From IMG/VR virus record IMGVR_UViG_2690316311_000019: DNA of 64,000 nucleotides, one strand, 5' to 3'. Shown here piece after piece: positions 52,826 to 62,905 of this stretch. The translations under genes and the position numbers were made by a program. The notes beneath the pieces were generated by a model. That model saw only the letters and a list, made by a program, of their open reading frames with translations, ran no database searches and had not been told where the DNA came from. Numbering within the stretch: the first letter of the stretch is position 1; every line of letters begins with the position of its first letter. This DNA comes from a virus (taxonomy: Duplodnaviria > Heunggongvirae > Uroviricota > Caudoviricetes).

Positions 52826-53523
52826 GCGAAATTAATTACCGGGCACTGCGTGAGATAGCAAAACAGGCAACACAGGGCGAATGGGTCGCATTTATTTCGC
52901 CGGGTACTGGTACGTATGCGGTGCACACGCCCGGTGATGAACGATGTGAAGACGTTATCAAATGGACCGGCTTTGATGGACAGAAAAATGCAGAGAACAA
53001 CGCTCGTCATGTTGCCGCGTTCAACCCAAAGGTTGCACTGGAGCTGCTTGGTGAAATTAAGTGCTTGGAGGACACAAATATTGATGCCACGTGCCGAATT
53101 TCAGAGCTTGAGACTAATCTCGCGGCGCTGGTGGCAGAGAACGCCGGGCTGAAACACGCAATGGCCGTAACTCTTGAGCATGTGTCGGTCACGGATGCAG
53201 GGCAGGCTGGTGTTGCTGCAATGATTATCAACGATGCCCTACACCACAGCGAAACTCCAGCTACCGATGCTTTTCTGGCTGAAATTCGTGCGGAAGCACG
53301 CAACGAGGGGATTAACTATACCGCCAGCCGTCTTGCTGCTGCGTTCAATCACGGATTTATCAATAAGTCTTTGCGTGAAGTTTTCGACGTTACACGCATG
53401 ATTTTGTCAGCGAAAGAAGAGTTGGCTAATGAACCGTACCCGATTGATGGCCTGTCTGGTGAATATGCGGAGAAATCCCTTGAAGAATGGGCGGAACAGA
53501 TTAGCAAAGGAGGCAACCAGTGA
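52822..53523 (+). CDS. Ead/Ea22-like hypothetical protein (paralog 1)
   Basis: GTG start in GTGA overlap; N-terminus SEINYRALREIAKQATQG paralogous to 54002..54772. Confidence 0.5.
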   Translation: MSEINYRALREIAKQATQGEWVAFISPGTGTYAVHTPGDERCEDVIKWTGFDGQKNAENNARHVAAFNPKVALELLGEIKCLEDTNIDATCRISELETNLAALVAENAGLKHAMAVTLEHVSVTDAGQAGVAAMIINDALHHSETPATDAFLAEIRAEARNEGINYTASRLAAAFNHGFINKSLREVFDVTRMILSAKEELANEPYPIDGLSGEYAEKSLEEWAEQISKGGNQ

Positions 53524-54005
53524 CTTTACATGCAGCAATCCTCGACATGTGCTGTGGCAGTCGCATGTTCTGGTTCGATAAGAAGGACGACCGGGCGATA
53601 TTTAGCGATATCAGAAAGGAAGAGCACACATTGTGTGATGGACGACGGCTGATAATTAGCCCTGACCTGATAGCAGATTTTCGTGCATTACCATTTGCAG
53701 ACGCATCGTTTCCGATTGTTGTATTCGACCCTCCGCATCTTGAGCGTGTTGGTGATAACGCCTGGATGGGAAAGAAATATGGACGGCTGAATAAAGATAC
53801 CTGGCGTGATGATTTGCGGCAGGGATTTAAAGAAGCCTTTCGTGTGTTGTGGCCATACGGCGTTCTGATTTTTAAATGGAATGAAACGCAAATACCTGTT
53901 CGCCAAATATTGGCACTGACCGACAGAAAGCCTGTTATCGGTCAACGAACAGGAAAGGGTGACAAGACCCACTGGATTATTTTTATGAAGGAGGGCAACC
54001 AGTGA
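53520..54005 (+). CDS. Small SAM-dependent methyltransferase-like protein (possible DNA N6-adenine/N4-cytosine MTase)
   Basis: Motif I-like ILDMCCGS and motif IV-like VVFDPPH in a 161-aa protein; GTG start after AAGGAGG. Confidence 0.5.
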   Translation: MTLHAAILDMCCGSRMFWFDKKDDRAIFSDIRKEEHTLCDGRRLIISPDLIADFRALPFADASFPIVVFDPPHLERVGDNAWMGKKYGRLNKDTWRDDLRQGFKEAFRVLWPYGVLIFKWNETQIPVRQILALTDRKPVIGQRTGKGDKTHWIIFMKEGNQ

Positions 54006-54772
54006 GCGAGATTGACTATCAGGCGCTGCGTGAAGCAGCAGAGAAAGCAACTAAAGGATGCTACATCGTAGGGCATACATCGGGCAATCAGCATGAGAAT
54101 ATAACAGGAGTTTTTGTTTGTCAAAAATGGAAAGGAGAACCCGGTGGCGTAATTGCAGAATGTCATGTTAACTGCCTGGTTGAAACAGATGCTCAGGCTT
54201 ACGCAAACGCTGAATTTATTGCTGCCTTTAATCCAAATGTTGCGCTGGTGCTTCTGGATGAACGGGAAAGAAACCAGCAATACATCAAACGCCGCGACCA
54301 GGAGAACGAGGAGATTGCGCTTACGGTTGGGAAGCTGCGTGTTGAGCTTGAAGCAGCAGAGAACAACCTTATTGATAGTGAATGCCATGTTGCTGAACTG
54401 GAAGAAGCTCTACGCGATAAGCAGGCGTTACTTGAAGCCTCAGAAAAGCGCAACGCAAAATTACAAAGCGAGAATGCATACATCCGCAACCGGTACAAAG
54501 AACTGGACCTATTAATCGGGAAAAACATTCTGGTCATGCAGGCTGCCATTATCGAATGGCAGGCAACTGGCGACGCTAAGAGCGGACTAGCATGGATTTA
54601 TAACACACTGTTTGGCCCTGGCGAATTACCGGACGAATCTGAGAAAGATGCTCAGGCCTACTTTAATCGCAAATATGCACCGATTGACGAAAAGCTTATG
54701 GCGCTTCACAAGTGGTTTTGGGAACAAAGTGAAGCCGAGCGCGCCGCTGGCATTCGCATCAAAGGAGAGTGA
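54002..54772 (+). CDS. Ead/Ea22-like hypothetical protein (paralog 2) with coiled-coil
   Basis: N-terminus SEIDYQALREAAEKATKG; GTG start in GTGA overlap. Confidence 0.5.
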   Translation: MSEIDYQALREAAEKATKGCYIVGHTSGNQHENITGVFVCQKWKGEPGGVIAECHVNCLVETDAQAYANAEFIAAFNPNVALVLLDERERNQQYIKRRDQENEEIALTVGKLRVELEAAENNLIDSECHVAELEEALRDKQALLEASEKRNAKLQSENAYIRNRYKELDLLIGKNILVMQAAIIEWQATGDAKSGLAWIYNTLFGPGELPDESEKDAQAYFNRKYAPIDEKLMALHKWFWEQSEAERAAGIRIKGE

Positions 54773-54773
54773 G

Positions 54774-55289
54774 ATGGCGTTAACACACCGAGAACTCTGT
54801 CAGATTGCGTACAAGTTCCTTAAGCGCAACGGGTTCAAGGTTTGCTTTCATGACCGCTTTATAGCTGTAACCAGTACCGGAGAACAGCCAGATGCTATGG
54901 GATTCAGAAATTCAGCATCATGCCTGATAGAGGCGAAGTGTTCTCGTGCTGACTTGTTGGCAGATAAAAAAAAGCGTTTCCGTAAAAATCCGTCTCTTGG
55001 AATGGGCGACTGGCGATTCTTTATTAGTGAGCCGGGAATTATTTCAATTGAGGATTTACCACCTGGCTGGGGATTACTTCACGTTGTTAACGGAAGAGTA
55101 CGGAAAGTACATGGGTGGCCCAAGGGTAATTGCTGTTGGGGTAACCCTGAAGATAAACCTTTTATTGGGAATAAGCAGGTTGAATGCGATTACATGTTAT
55201 CTGCATTAAGGCGCATGGAGTTGAGAGGGCACCTTAATGAAATATATGACGGTGTAATTGTTAATAAGAAAGAAGGAAACGCGGCATGA
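54774..55289 (+). CDS. PD-(D/E)XK nuclease-like protein
   Basis: GEQPDAMGF ... LIEAKCS (D...ExK) pattern; ATG at 54774 after AAAGGAG. Confidence 0.45.
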   Translation: MALTHRELCQIAYKFLKRNGFKVCFHDRFIAVTSTGEQPDAMGFRNSASCLIEAKCSRADLLADKKKRFRKNPSLGMGDWRFFISEPGIISIEDLPPGWGLLHVVNGRVRKVHGWPKGNCCWGNPEDKPFIGNKQVECDYMLSALRRMELRGHLNEIYDGVIVNKKEGNAA

Positions 55290-56143
55290 TCACTATTACC
55301 AAAGAGCGACTGCTGACAATCAAGCAGTGGCGCGAAACATACGGACCTGATAGCAACGTTGTACTGCCAGCAGAAGAAGCGGAAGAACTGGCGCGTATCG
55401 TGCTGGCATCGCTGGAAGCAGAGCCTGTTCTGTATCAGTCCTGCACTCGCCCCACCTGGAATAGCGGTGTTCCGTGGACGGAATGGAAAGAACGTAGTCG
55501 TGAGTGCTACGAAGACGATTTGCGTTTTACAGACACGCCTGACCATGCCGGTTGGATATACAAATGTCGAAAACTATATACCACTCCGCCAGCGCCGATA
55601 GCGTTAGAGGCCATTGAAAACGCAATTGAATACATTCGTAGTATCGCTTTTCACATCGATGAAGACGATTACCACGGCAAACATATTGCGTATTTCATGC
55701 GACAAGCATTGGCCTGGCTGGAAGGGCATTCATGCAGCGACGACAGACTGGGTAAAGCCGACAATCAGCCAGCATCTGGCAACCAGGCTGCCGAATCCAA
55801 TCGCGGTAATGAGTGGACCGGCAATCCTGATATTGATAACGCCATCATCATGCTCGACCGCATAGATACGCTGGAAAATTGCGATGATGACCGTATTGAG
55901 GCTGTTAAGGCTGTTTTGCGTAGACTGGCAGGCAACTCTCCGGTAACTCCGGATGGTTGGATAAGCTGTAGTGAGCGAATGCCACCTCAAGATGATTGGA
56001 TTTTAATTTATTCAAAGCACGGCGAGTATATGGCAGGACAGGTACAAGGGGAATACGTGGAGTTGAGCGACGGCACTTTATCGTGGTTAGGGAACGCCTT
56101 GTTCTGGATGCCGCTACCAGAACCGCCGCAGGAGGCGAAATGA
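55286..56143 (+). CDS. Hypothetical protein with DUF551-like C-terminus
   Basis: C-terminal WISCSERMPPQDDWILIYSKHGEYMAG...LFWMPLPEPP. Confidence 0.45.
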   Translation: MITITKERLLTIKQWRETYGPDSNVVLPAEEAEELARIVLASLEAEPVLYQSCTRPTWNSGVPWTEWKERSRECYEDDLRFTDTPDHAGWIYKCRKLYTTPPAPIALEAIENAIEYIRSIAFHIDEDDYHGKHIAYFMRQALAWLEGHSCSDDRLGKADNQPASGNQAAESNRGNEWTGNPDIDNAIIMLDRIDTLENCDDDRIEAVKAVLRRLAGNSPVTPDGWISCSERMPPQDDWILIYSKHGEYMAGQVQGEYVELSDGTLSWLGNALFWMPLPEPPQEAK

Positions 56144-56400
56144 TGGATGTAAAAGAGAAGGTTTTGCAGGTGATGCGTTCCCGGGCTGCCCTGCAAGATA
56201 AAGCTCTCGGCGGGGAATATCCATTCAGGATGGCAACCTGGAATCTGCGGTTGGCAATGGAGAAGGAATTTCCTGATGAAGAATGGCGTTCGGCAGATTT
56301 GCGCAAAATTCTTATGGAGCTGGCTAAAGACGGAACAGTATCCAAAGATACCCATGCCAGCCGGATTGGTCAGGCGGTATGGAGACTGGAGGTGAGGTAA
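56140..56400 (+). CDS. Hypothetical small protein
   Basis: About 86 aa, coupled start. Confidence 0.35.
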   Translation: MMDVKEKVLQVMRSRAALQDKALGGEYPFRMATWNLRLAMEKEFPDEEWRSADLRKILMELAKDGTVSKDTHASRIGQAVWRLEVR

Positions 56401-56681
56401 TGGCTAACCTGCAACTTGCCGTTAAAGGTGAATACTTCGATGCCATGATTCGCGGGGAGAAAACGGAAGAGTATCGCCTGTGTAATGACTACTGGAATAA
56501 GCGCCTCGTTAACTGTAAGTATGACCGCCTGATTATCACAAAGGGATATCCGAAGCGCGAAGACTTCAGTCGCAGAATTGACGTCCCGTATAACGGATAT
56601 GAAATAAAAACAATCACACATCCACACTTCGGTGATAAACCGGTAAAGGTGTTCGCGATAAAAGTGAAGATTAATAGCTAA
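56400..56681 (+). CDS. ASCH domain protein
   Basis: IRGEKTEEYR matches the ASCH GxKxxExR motif. Confidence 0.5.
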   Translation: MANLQLAVKGEYFDAMIRGEKTEEYRLCNDYWNKRLVNCKYDRLIITKGYPKREDFSRRIDVPYNGYEIKTITHPHFGDKPVKVFAIKVKINS

Positions 56682-56704
56682 ATTTCAATTAACACGGAGT
56701 AATT

Positions 56705-56998
56705 ATGTGGCGCGGTAATAATCATGGCGGAAGTCAGATGATACTTACCGAATATACGTTCGACCACAAAACCAATAAATCACGTTCAGTATATTTGCTT
56801 CGGCACAATAGCCGCGTAAGAAATACCGTTCTGGAGCAAAATCTGACCGTTGAAATGGATAATTTGGGAAACTTCAAGCCAACAATATCGCTTGATGATT
56901 TTCCGTGTGGTTTAAGCGAAAGAGAAGCAATGCTGAAATTAGCAGAATGGCTACAAAGATTAAGCATTGCTATTGAAGATAACTGGCCTGAACCTTAA
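56705..56998 (+). CDS. Hypothetical protein
   Basis: 97-aa ORF. Confidence 0.35.
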   Translation: MWRGNNHGGSQMILTEYTFDHKTNKSRSVYLLRHNSRVRNTVLEQNLTVEMDNLGNFKPTISLDDFPCGLSEREAMLKLAEWLQRLSIAIEDNWPEP

Positions 56999-57004
56999 AT
57001 TAAT

Positions 57005-57379
57005 ATGATGACACTAAAACATTTTCTTGACCGCCCATTATGGGCGGCAGCCGCAGGCTATGACTTTAATTATATGGATTGCATGTCTTATACTGCCAAT
57101 GCATACGACCATTCGTTCAGCCTGCTGTTTAATTCTTTAAGAATATTGCCGGAAACAGAAGTTGGAGAGCTTCATTTATGGATATTGGGCTTTATCGCGG
57201 CTGGAGTTGGTATTGCCGTATGGCCTTTTATTTTCTGGCTGGTGGCTGTTGTAGTGTGGTTTAAGTGCAAGACGTACCGGAAAAAGTATTTCTTAGGTGA
57301 TGGAATGACTGATATTGCCAAAATGAACATTGAAAAATGGACTAAGGAATGTGAAAAGAAATGGCGCAAAAAGAAATGA
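57005..57379 (+). CDS. Hypothetical membrane protein
   Basis: 124-aa ORF with hydrophobic segment. Confidence 0.35.
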   Translation: MMTLKHFLDRPLWAAAAGYDFNYMDCMSYTANAYDHSFSLLFNSLRILPETEVGELHLWILGFIAAGVGIAVWPFIFWLVAVVVWFKCKTYRKKYFLGDGMTDIAKMNIEKWTKECEKKWRKKK

Positions 57380-58050
57380 CTACTCTAACGACAGCATACT
57401 TACAGCAATTGGTATTTTTTGCAGGCGAGGCTACTTGTCATCCTGACGCAAACTATTTATTGGAATTTGAGAGGTTAGCGTCACCCGGTATCGTTCTGGA
57501 ACTGGCCCAACAGGTGCTGGCCTTGAGACAAAAAGAGCAACATGAAAGTAATACGTGTAGATTGAATTTTGAGCAGTGGCTGGAACAGCAACGCGGAAAA
57601 ATCGATGTGGACTGTGGTTGTGTGTCCACTGAAACATTCATGCACTGGCTGCGGGTAGCTTACGAGGCTGGCAACTATCCGGATATTCCGGATATTCCGG
57701 ATAGTTCGGTGCCAGCGCCAGGAAAGGGCGTCACAGGTGAACGTATCCGCATTAAGCCGCATGTTTATCGCGAACTGGTTAACCGTCTCCACGATACAGC
57801 GATCAAGTGTGCAGGCACCCAGCAATTACGAGAAAGAATTAGCCGTGTTTTGGGCGACGTTATTACGCCAGACCATCATAAACAAGCCGAGAAAAGTGAC
57901 CTGGAAAGGTGTCACCTTGAGGCGGCATTAAACATTAAGCCGGGGCATACGCTTGGCATTATCGATGCTCTGTTGGTTCATAAGATGGCCAGGGCTTTAT
58001 TGCCGCTGGTGGCTGAAAAGCATGAGGCGGACCATGCCAACGAAAGCTGA
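57361..58050 (+). CDS. Hypothetical protein
   Basis: 229-aa ORF. Confidence 0.4.
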   Translation: MAQKEMTTLTTAYLQQLVFFAGEATCHPDANYLLEFERLASPGIVLELAQQVLALRQKEQHESNTCRLNFEQWLEQQRGKIDVDCGCVSTETFMHWLRVAYEAGNYPDIPDIPDSSVPAPGKGVTGERIRIKPHVYRELVNRLHDTAIKCAGTQQLRERISRVLGDVITPDHHKQAEKSDLERCHLEAALNIKPGHTLGIIDALLVHKMARALLPLVAEKHEADHANES

Positions 58051-58318
58051 GTTACAGGCGCGCATAGATATTCTTGAAAAAGAGAATGCGAGTCTAAAAG
58101 GAATGCTGGCGCGGGCGGAAAGGGAATTATCAGGCAAATTATTGCCAGAAGAGCTGCCACCAGCAGATATACCTGATCGAGTGTCCTGGTGGATGAAGTA
58201 TTTCCGTGCACCGTGGGAGGCGTTTTGGTGCTACGACCATCGCAGATGGTGTGATGAGCTTGATAGCAGTTTCCCCTATTTTGCGGAAGGGAACTCTTGC
58301 CCTGAATGTAGGAGTTAA
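58034..58318 (+). CDS. Hypothetical protein with C-terminal Cys motif (paralog 1)
   Basis: C-terminus PWEAFWCYDHRRWCDELDSSFPYFAEGNSCPEC; start MPTKAEL at 58034. Confidence 0.45.
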   Translation: MPTKAELQARIDILEKENASLKGMLARAERELSGKLLPEELPPADIPDRVSWWMKYFRAPWEAFWCYDHRRWCDELDSSFPYFAEGNSCPECRS

Positions 58319-58623
58319 TGATGACCGGAGAGCTTTATTTTAAAATGGCACGGGAGCGGCGTGTGCATCTGGATCGGATATTTCATCTCCAGAAGAGAGT
58401 AGAAGAACTGGAACGTCGTCTGAACTGTTATCCTGTTGATATGGTGTCTGCAATACCGCCGATTCCAATAGAAATGCAGATCCGCCTATGGATGGAAGAA
58501 TATGGAATGCCGTGGGAGATATTTTTCTGCTTCGACCATAAACAGTGGGTAGATGAGCTGGATAATAGTTTCCCATATTTCACAGAGAACACATGCCCAG
58601 TATGCAGGAAGAACGGAATATGA
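58318..58623 (+). CDS. Hypothetical protein with C-terminal Cys motif (paralog 2)
   Basis: C-terminus PWEIFFCFDHKQWVDELDNSFPYFTENTCPVC, tandem paralog of the previous gene. Confidence 0.45.
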   Translation: MMTGELYFKMARERRVHLDRIFHLQKRVEELERRLNCYPVDMVSAIPPIPIEMQIRLWMEEYGMPWEIFFCFDHKQWVDELDNSFPYFTENTCPVCRKNGI

Positions 58624-59144
58624 CAAAATTTGGAAAGCTGGAAGCTCATTTGCTAACTCGTAACTACCGCCATGATATACACCCATATAGACAGTGGATC
58701 GATGAAAGTGAAGGAGTAGTTACATTCCCTCTATACAGGTTTGATGGGATGTTGGCTGGGTATCAGACATATAGACCAGGTGCTCCTAAGCAGCATAGCA
58801 ATCCGAAGATGGCCCGGTATTTCACGCGATCACATGGCAGACAGTTACTTTGGGGAACCTATCTTCCTTTAAAAGATGGCCCAATATGGATAACTGAGTC
58901 TATTTTTAAGAGCGCAGCTGTACACAACGCGGGCGGCAATTCGTGGGCGCTGTTAGGTTCGACTTTCTCCGCAGGATTACGCCGTCAACTTGCGATGCTG
59001 CCGTATGACTTTCGTGTAATAGGTGACAATGATGCGGCTGGTGAATTACTTGTGAAGTCTTTCGGAAAAGGTTTTGTGGCCCCGGATCTTGACGAGCTAC
59101 AACCACATGAAGTGTCTCATTTGATTTTTAGCCATAGCCAATAA
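58593..59144 (+). CDS. Hypothetical protein, possible Toprim-like fold
   Basis: GDNDAAG motif; weak. Confidence 0.3.
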   Translation: MPSMQEERNMTKFGKLEAHLLTRNYRHDIHPYRQWIDESEGVVTFPLYRFDGMLAGYQTYRPGAPKQHSNPKMARYFTRSHGRQLLWGTYLPLKDGPIWITESIFKSAAVHNAGGNSWALLGSTFSAGLRRQLAMLPYDFRVIGDNDAAGELLVKSFGKGFVAPDLDELQPHEVSHLIFSHSQ

Positions 59145-59204
59145 GCATCTCTCCCCTTTGAGGCCACAATTAGTGGCCTTAAACAATGTGTTTTCTACCT
59201 CGAT

Positions 59205-59420
59205 TTAGCCTCTATTATCGTTTTGCATTTCTCTAATCCGGTTCAGAACTACTTCATGCTGGGCTTGGATAGCGGCTTTTTCGTTTTCAAGTCGGGCAAT
59301 AGACATCTCTAATTCTTTGCTGTACCAGGCGAGTTGGGCCAGGTTCATCCGGTTGTGGTCGAGAGTTGGAGACACTTCGACGCGATCCCTTTCTTCCTGC
59401 TTTAATGAGAAGAGATTCAT
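59205..59420 (-). CDS. Hypothetical small coiled-coil protein
   Basis: 71-aa ORF. Confidence 0.35.
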   Translation of the reverse strand: MNLFSLKQEERDRVEVSPTLDHNRMNLAQLAWYSKELEMSIARLENEKAAIQAQHEVVLNRIREMQNDNRG

Positions 59421-59450
59421 CTCATCCCTTGAGGAAAATTCAGCAACAAT

Positions 59451-59786
59451 TTATTGTTGATGATCCGGTCGCTGCGGCATCCTCGCCAGTATAAATGGCG
59501 GTTCTTTTGAAAACATGAATGTCGGTTCAGACCGTGTTTTTACCCAGCTTGCCTGCTGTCTTTCGGCAAGTTCACAGGCTTCATCATAGTTATTTGCCAA
59601 ACCAAGCACGGATGGACGGTCCCACGCGCCACCATTCAGACAATAAACAACAATTTTCCCGTCATGTTCTGTAACCCCATAGGGATGGTCCCACCAGGCG
59701 TCCAGCTGAGCTTTAGAGCGTCTCTCGTTAGGAGTGCAGTCAAAATTTTTGGGCAATACAGGATCGAGAGGAATGCGATTAGGCAT
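59451..59786 (-). CDS. Hypothetical protein
   Basis: 111-aa ORF. Confidence 0.35.
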   Translation of the reverse strand: MPNRIPLDPVLPKNFDCTPNERRSKAQLDAWWDHPYGVTEHDGKIVVYCLNGGAWDRPSVLGLANNYDEACELAERQQASWVKTRSEPTFMFSKEPPFILARMPQRPDHQQ

Positions 59787-59922
59787 AGCTAATTCCTTAT
59801 TAACTGATTGGCAATGAGGTTACGCTGATCCGTTGGTGATGAATAGTAGCAAAGCGCACAAAATCATCTGCGGTGGTTGATGTACATAACGCGTTTGCAC
59901 CAAAGGTGTCTCTTTAATGTAT

Positions 59923-59942
59923 ACTGTATAAATGAACAGTAT
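59923..59942. promoter_or_regulatory. LexA (SOS) box upstream of the umuD-like gene
   Basis: TACTGTATAAATGAACAGTA fits CTGT-N8-ACAG consensus, about 20 bp upstream of the start codon. Confidence 0.7.
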
Positions 59943-59960
59943 TATTGAGGTGAAAACGCT

Positions 59961-60350
59961 ATGGGCTTCCCTTCTCCTGCGGCGGATTATGTTGAAAGCA
60001 GAATTTCTCTTGATCAGCAACTAATCAGGCATCCATCAGCGACCTACTTCATGCGGGCGGCAGACAGCCATCACCGTGAGGGAATATTGCAGGGTGCTTT
60101 GCTGGTGGTTGATTCCTCGCTTACTCCGGTTGATGGTTCGCTGCTTGTCTGCGCTATGGAGGGTGAATATCGCATAAAGAGATACCGAAAGTATCCGCGC
60201 CAGCACCTGGAGGATTTAAGCACCGGGAAGAAAGAGGCGTTACCAGTAGATGACGATGGTTACACGGGTAGTAATGCTGTTTTTGGTGTGATCACTCATG
60301 TCATCAATGATGCCCGATGTGGGGAGTTTGATGATTGTCCGATCATTTAA
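59961..60350 (+). CDS. humD: UmuD-like protein (S24 peptidase-fold homolog)
   Basis: Near-collinear similarity to UmuD (CGFPSPAADYVE.RI.L.Q.LI.HPSATYF, FGVI.HV). Confidence 0.8.
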   Translation: MGFPSPAADYVESRISLDQQLIRHPSATYFMRAADSHHREGILQGALLVVDSSLTPVDGSLLVCAMEGEYRIKRYRKYPRQHLEDLSTGKKEALPVDDDGYTGSNAVFGVITHVINDARCGEFDDCPII

Positions 60351-60422
60351 GCTGCAAAGTGCTGGTGCTTTATGCCTGTGAAGTTTATAATTGTGTACAC
60401 ATAACGAGTACACGAGGTGTTT

Positions 60423-60644
60423 ATGCAATCCATTAACTTCCGTACCGCGCGTGGCAACCTTTCTGAAGTGCTTAACAATGTTGAAGCCGGGGAAGAGGTT
60501 GAAATCACCCGCAGAGGCCGTGAGCCAGCAGTAATTGTCAGCAAGGCTACTTTCGAAGCCTACAAAAAAGCGGCGCTGGATGCTGAATTTGCATCCCTGT
60601 TTGACACCCTGGACTCCACCAACAAGGAACTGGTTAACCGATAA
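60423..60644 (+). CDS. phd: Phd antitoxin (Phd/YefM family)
   Basis: 73-aa [39 protein letters not shown]; palindrome GTGTACAC in the promoter region; coupled to doc. Confidence 0.85.
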
Positions 60645-61024
60645 TGAGGCATATATCACCGGAAGAACTTATTGCGCTTCATGATGCGAATATAAGCCGC
60701 TACGGCGGCCTGCCGGGAATGTCAGATCCGGGTAGGGCAGAGGCCATTATCGGGAGAGTTCAGGCCAGAGTTGCCTACGAAGAGATCACCGACCTTTTCG
60801 AAGTCTCCGCCACCTACCTGGTGGCTACGGCGAGAGGGCATATATTCAATGATGCCAATAAGCGTACCGCGCTAAACAGTGCGCTGTTATTTCTACGCCG
60901 TAACGGGGTGCAGGTATTTGATTCACCTGAACTGGCAGACCTTACCGTAGGGGCTGCGACTGGCGAGATATCTGTATCTTCTGTCGCCGCCACGTTACGT
61001 AGATTGTATGGTTCTGCGGAGTAG
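60644..61024 (+). CDS. doc: Doc toxin (Fic-fold kinase)
   Basis: 126-aa ORF with the Doc/Fic motif [12 protein letters not shown]. Confidence 0.9.
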
Positions 61025-61028
61025 ATTA

Positions 61029-61208
61029 ATGGCACGCAAATACAACAAATTGTCCCGTGAAGCGTTAAAGATGCTTCTTGATGGCGTGAGTCGCCGCGAG
61101 GTAAAGCAATACCTGGTTGGTAAGCAAATTAGAGCCAGGACTGCTATTGCTGTGTTATGCCGTCAGGAAATGGTTGTGCTTAAACAGAGAATGCCGGGCA
61201 GCAGATAA
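61029..61208 (+). CDS. Hypothetical small protein
   Basis: About 59 aa starting MARKYNKL after GGAG RBS. Confidence 0.35.
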   Translation: MARKYNKLSREALKMLLDGVSRREVKQYLVGKQIRARTAIAVLCRQEMVVLKQRMPGSR

Positions 61209-61235
61209 AGCCCAATCAGTGATGAAAGGTGTGAT

Positions 61236-62279
61236 GTGAAAGCCGTAATTACTCCCTTTGTACAAAAAGAGCTTGGCGTCGCCACATTCAAAGTGGATCA
61301 GGAAGTCAGAAAGCTGGTGGAGGCTGGCCGTAAATTTATTATGGAGCCGGTGCCGCGTGAGTTAATCGAGCACATGGACGACGGCCTCGTTGTTTCCGAG
61401 CAAACTATGGCAACAAATGAGGCGTTGCAGCCGTTTTTTAACAGCGATGAACTGTTTCGCCGTATTGGTGGAATTGACGCGCTGGTGGCGTGGTTGCGCA
61501 GGAAAGAGGGGCAATGCCAGGCCGCAGATCGTAGCTGGTGTGACAACCATATTGTCCACGCAGAACGAGACAATAGCGCGGTGTTGTTGTGCTGGCATCA
61601 CGATAACCATTACCGGATGCGTGGTTTTAATGAGCTGAAAGAAACGCTGCATAATAATCGCGTTAACTGGATACTGGATGTCGCCCGTCAGGAAATGGGG
61701 CTTTCAGATGGCCATGATTTAAGTATTCAGGAACTGTGCTGGTGGGCTTTCATGCGCAACATGATGCACCTGATGCCGGAAGAAGTTTGCCGCATATCAA
61801 TAAATAAGATGAAGGCTGCTCCGCAGGATAGCGGACCTTTGAAAGAGGCGGATATTCGCCCGTACGACGATCGTGCTACAGCATATGTTCAGATGATGGA
61901 AGAACGCGCCGCGCCGATGCGTGCAAAAGTATGCCCTGTGGATGTTGACTCCGACCCTGGCATGGCGCATTTCAAAATACCAAAACTGCAATCGCTAAAA
62001 TTACCCGAGTACATGGACTTTGTTGCTTCCCGTCCGTGCTGTGGATGTGGAGCTGCGGGAGCTGGCGCTCGCATTACGCCTTATATCGTTCGTCATAGTC
62101 GATTATGCGCGCATGACATTTACGCAATTCCTCTGTGCCAGTCATGCCAGCGTGATATTGAGCGTGACCGCGATAATTGGGAGAAGACGCACGGCAGGCT
62201 GGCGATGCATCAACGATTGTTCTTTGATTACGCGCTTGGAGTCGGCGCTATCACAAGTCACTCGTCGAGCGTTAGATAA
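61236..62279 (+). CDS. Hypothetical protein with Cys-rich C-terminus
   Basis: 347-aa ORF, GTG start. Confidence 0.4.
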   Translation: MKAVITPFVQKELGVATFKVDQEVRKLVEAGRKFIMEPVPRELIEHMDDGLVVSEQTMATNEALQPFFNSDELFRRIGGIDALVAWLRRKEGQCQAADRSWCDNHIVHAERDNSAVLLCWHHDNHYRMRGFNELKETLHNNRVNWILDVARQEMGLSDGHDLSIQELCWWAFMRNMMHLMPEEVCRISINKMKAAPQDSGPLKEADIRPYDDRATAYVQMMEERAAPMRAKVCPVDVDSDPGMAHFKIPKLQSLKLPEYMDFVASRPCCGCGAAGAGARITPYIVRHSRLCAHDIYAIPLCQSCQRDIERDRDNWEKTHGRLAMHQRLFFDYALGVGAITSHSSSVR

Positions 62280-62280
62280 A

Positions 62281-62297
62281 ATTGCTCTAATGTATTG
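62281..62297 (+). promoter_or_regulatory. C1-type operator-like site
   Basis: ATTGCTCTAATGTATTG. Confidence 0.45.
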
Positions 62298-62367
62298 CTA
62301 TTTCTTTAATCGAGGGTATTATATTCCACGTTGATTAGTTGACATGGGCTAATCAGTAGGTGACAGG

Positions 62368-62820
62368 ATGTTACTTAACTGGCAGGGACGCCACTTCATG
62401 GAAATAAATCACTCACGAATAACATCGTACGAGATTGCGGATTACATGATCCGCACTAAATCTCTTCTATCAGCGAAAGAACTCGCAGCAATTCTTGAAA
62501 AGGAATACCCGCATCTGGATGTCGATAAGCGCGATGTTTATCTGCGCTTAAAGGCTATCGCTGTGTCTAAGTATTCGTCTGTTTTGATTGATGACAGTAC
62601 ACGCCCACGTAGATTTCAGATCCACTCTCTGAATCCTGAATTCTTTCGCCGTAGCCGCGCTCCGCGCCGGTTTGATGAAAAACTCCAGAACGAACTCTAT
62701 ATGACGCAGGACGAAAAGGAACGCCGGGAGCACCAGCCTTGGGTAATGGCGCGTCAACTTTTCAATAAGGTGGCCCGTCAGCACCGTCATTACGGTAATG
62801 CCACATCCGCACGTATCTGA
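62368..62820 (+). CDS. lpa: Putative late gene regulator (Lpa-like by position)
   Basis: 150-aa ORF between doc and pacA, preceded by an operator-like site. Confidence 0.4.
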   Translation: MLLNWQGRHFMEINHSRITSYEIADYMIRTKSLLSAKELAAILEKEYPHLDVDKRDVYLRLKAIAVSKYSSVLIDDSTRPRRFQIHSLNPEFFRRSRAPRRFDEKLQNELYMTQDEKERREHQPWVMARQLFNKVARQHRHYGNATSARI

Positions 62821-62905
62821 TTGATTGCTTGCCCGTTCCGGGCCTTTTGACATGTGACTTTCGTTACCCTCGCGTCAAAAAGAGTTTTTACGAAAGGAAG
62901 CATAA

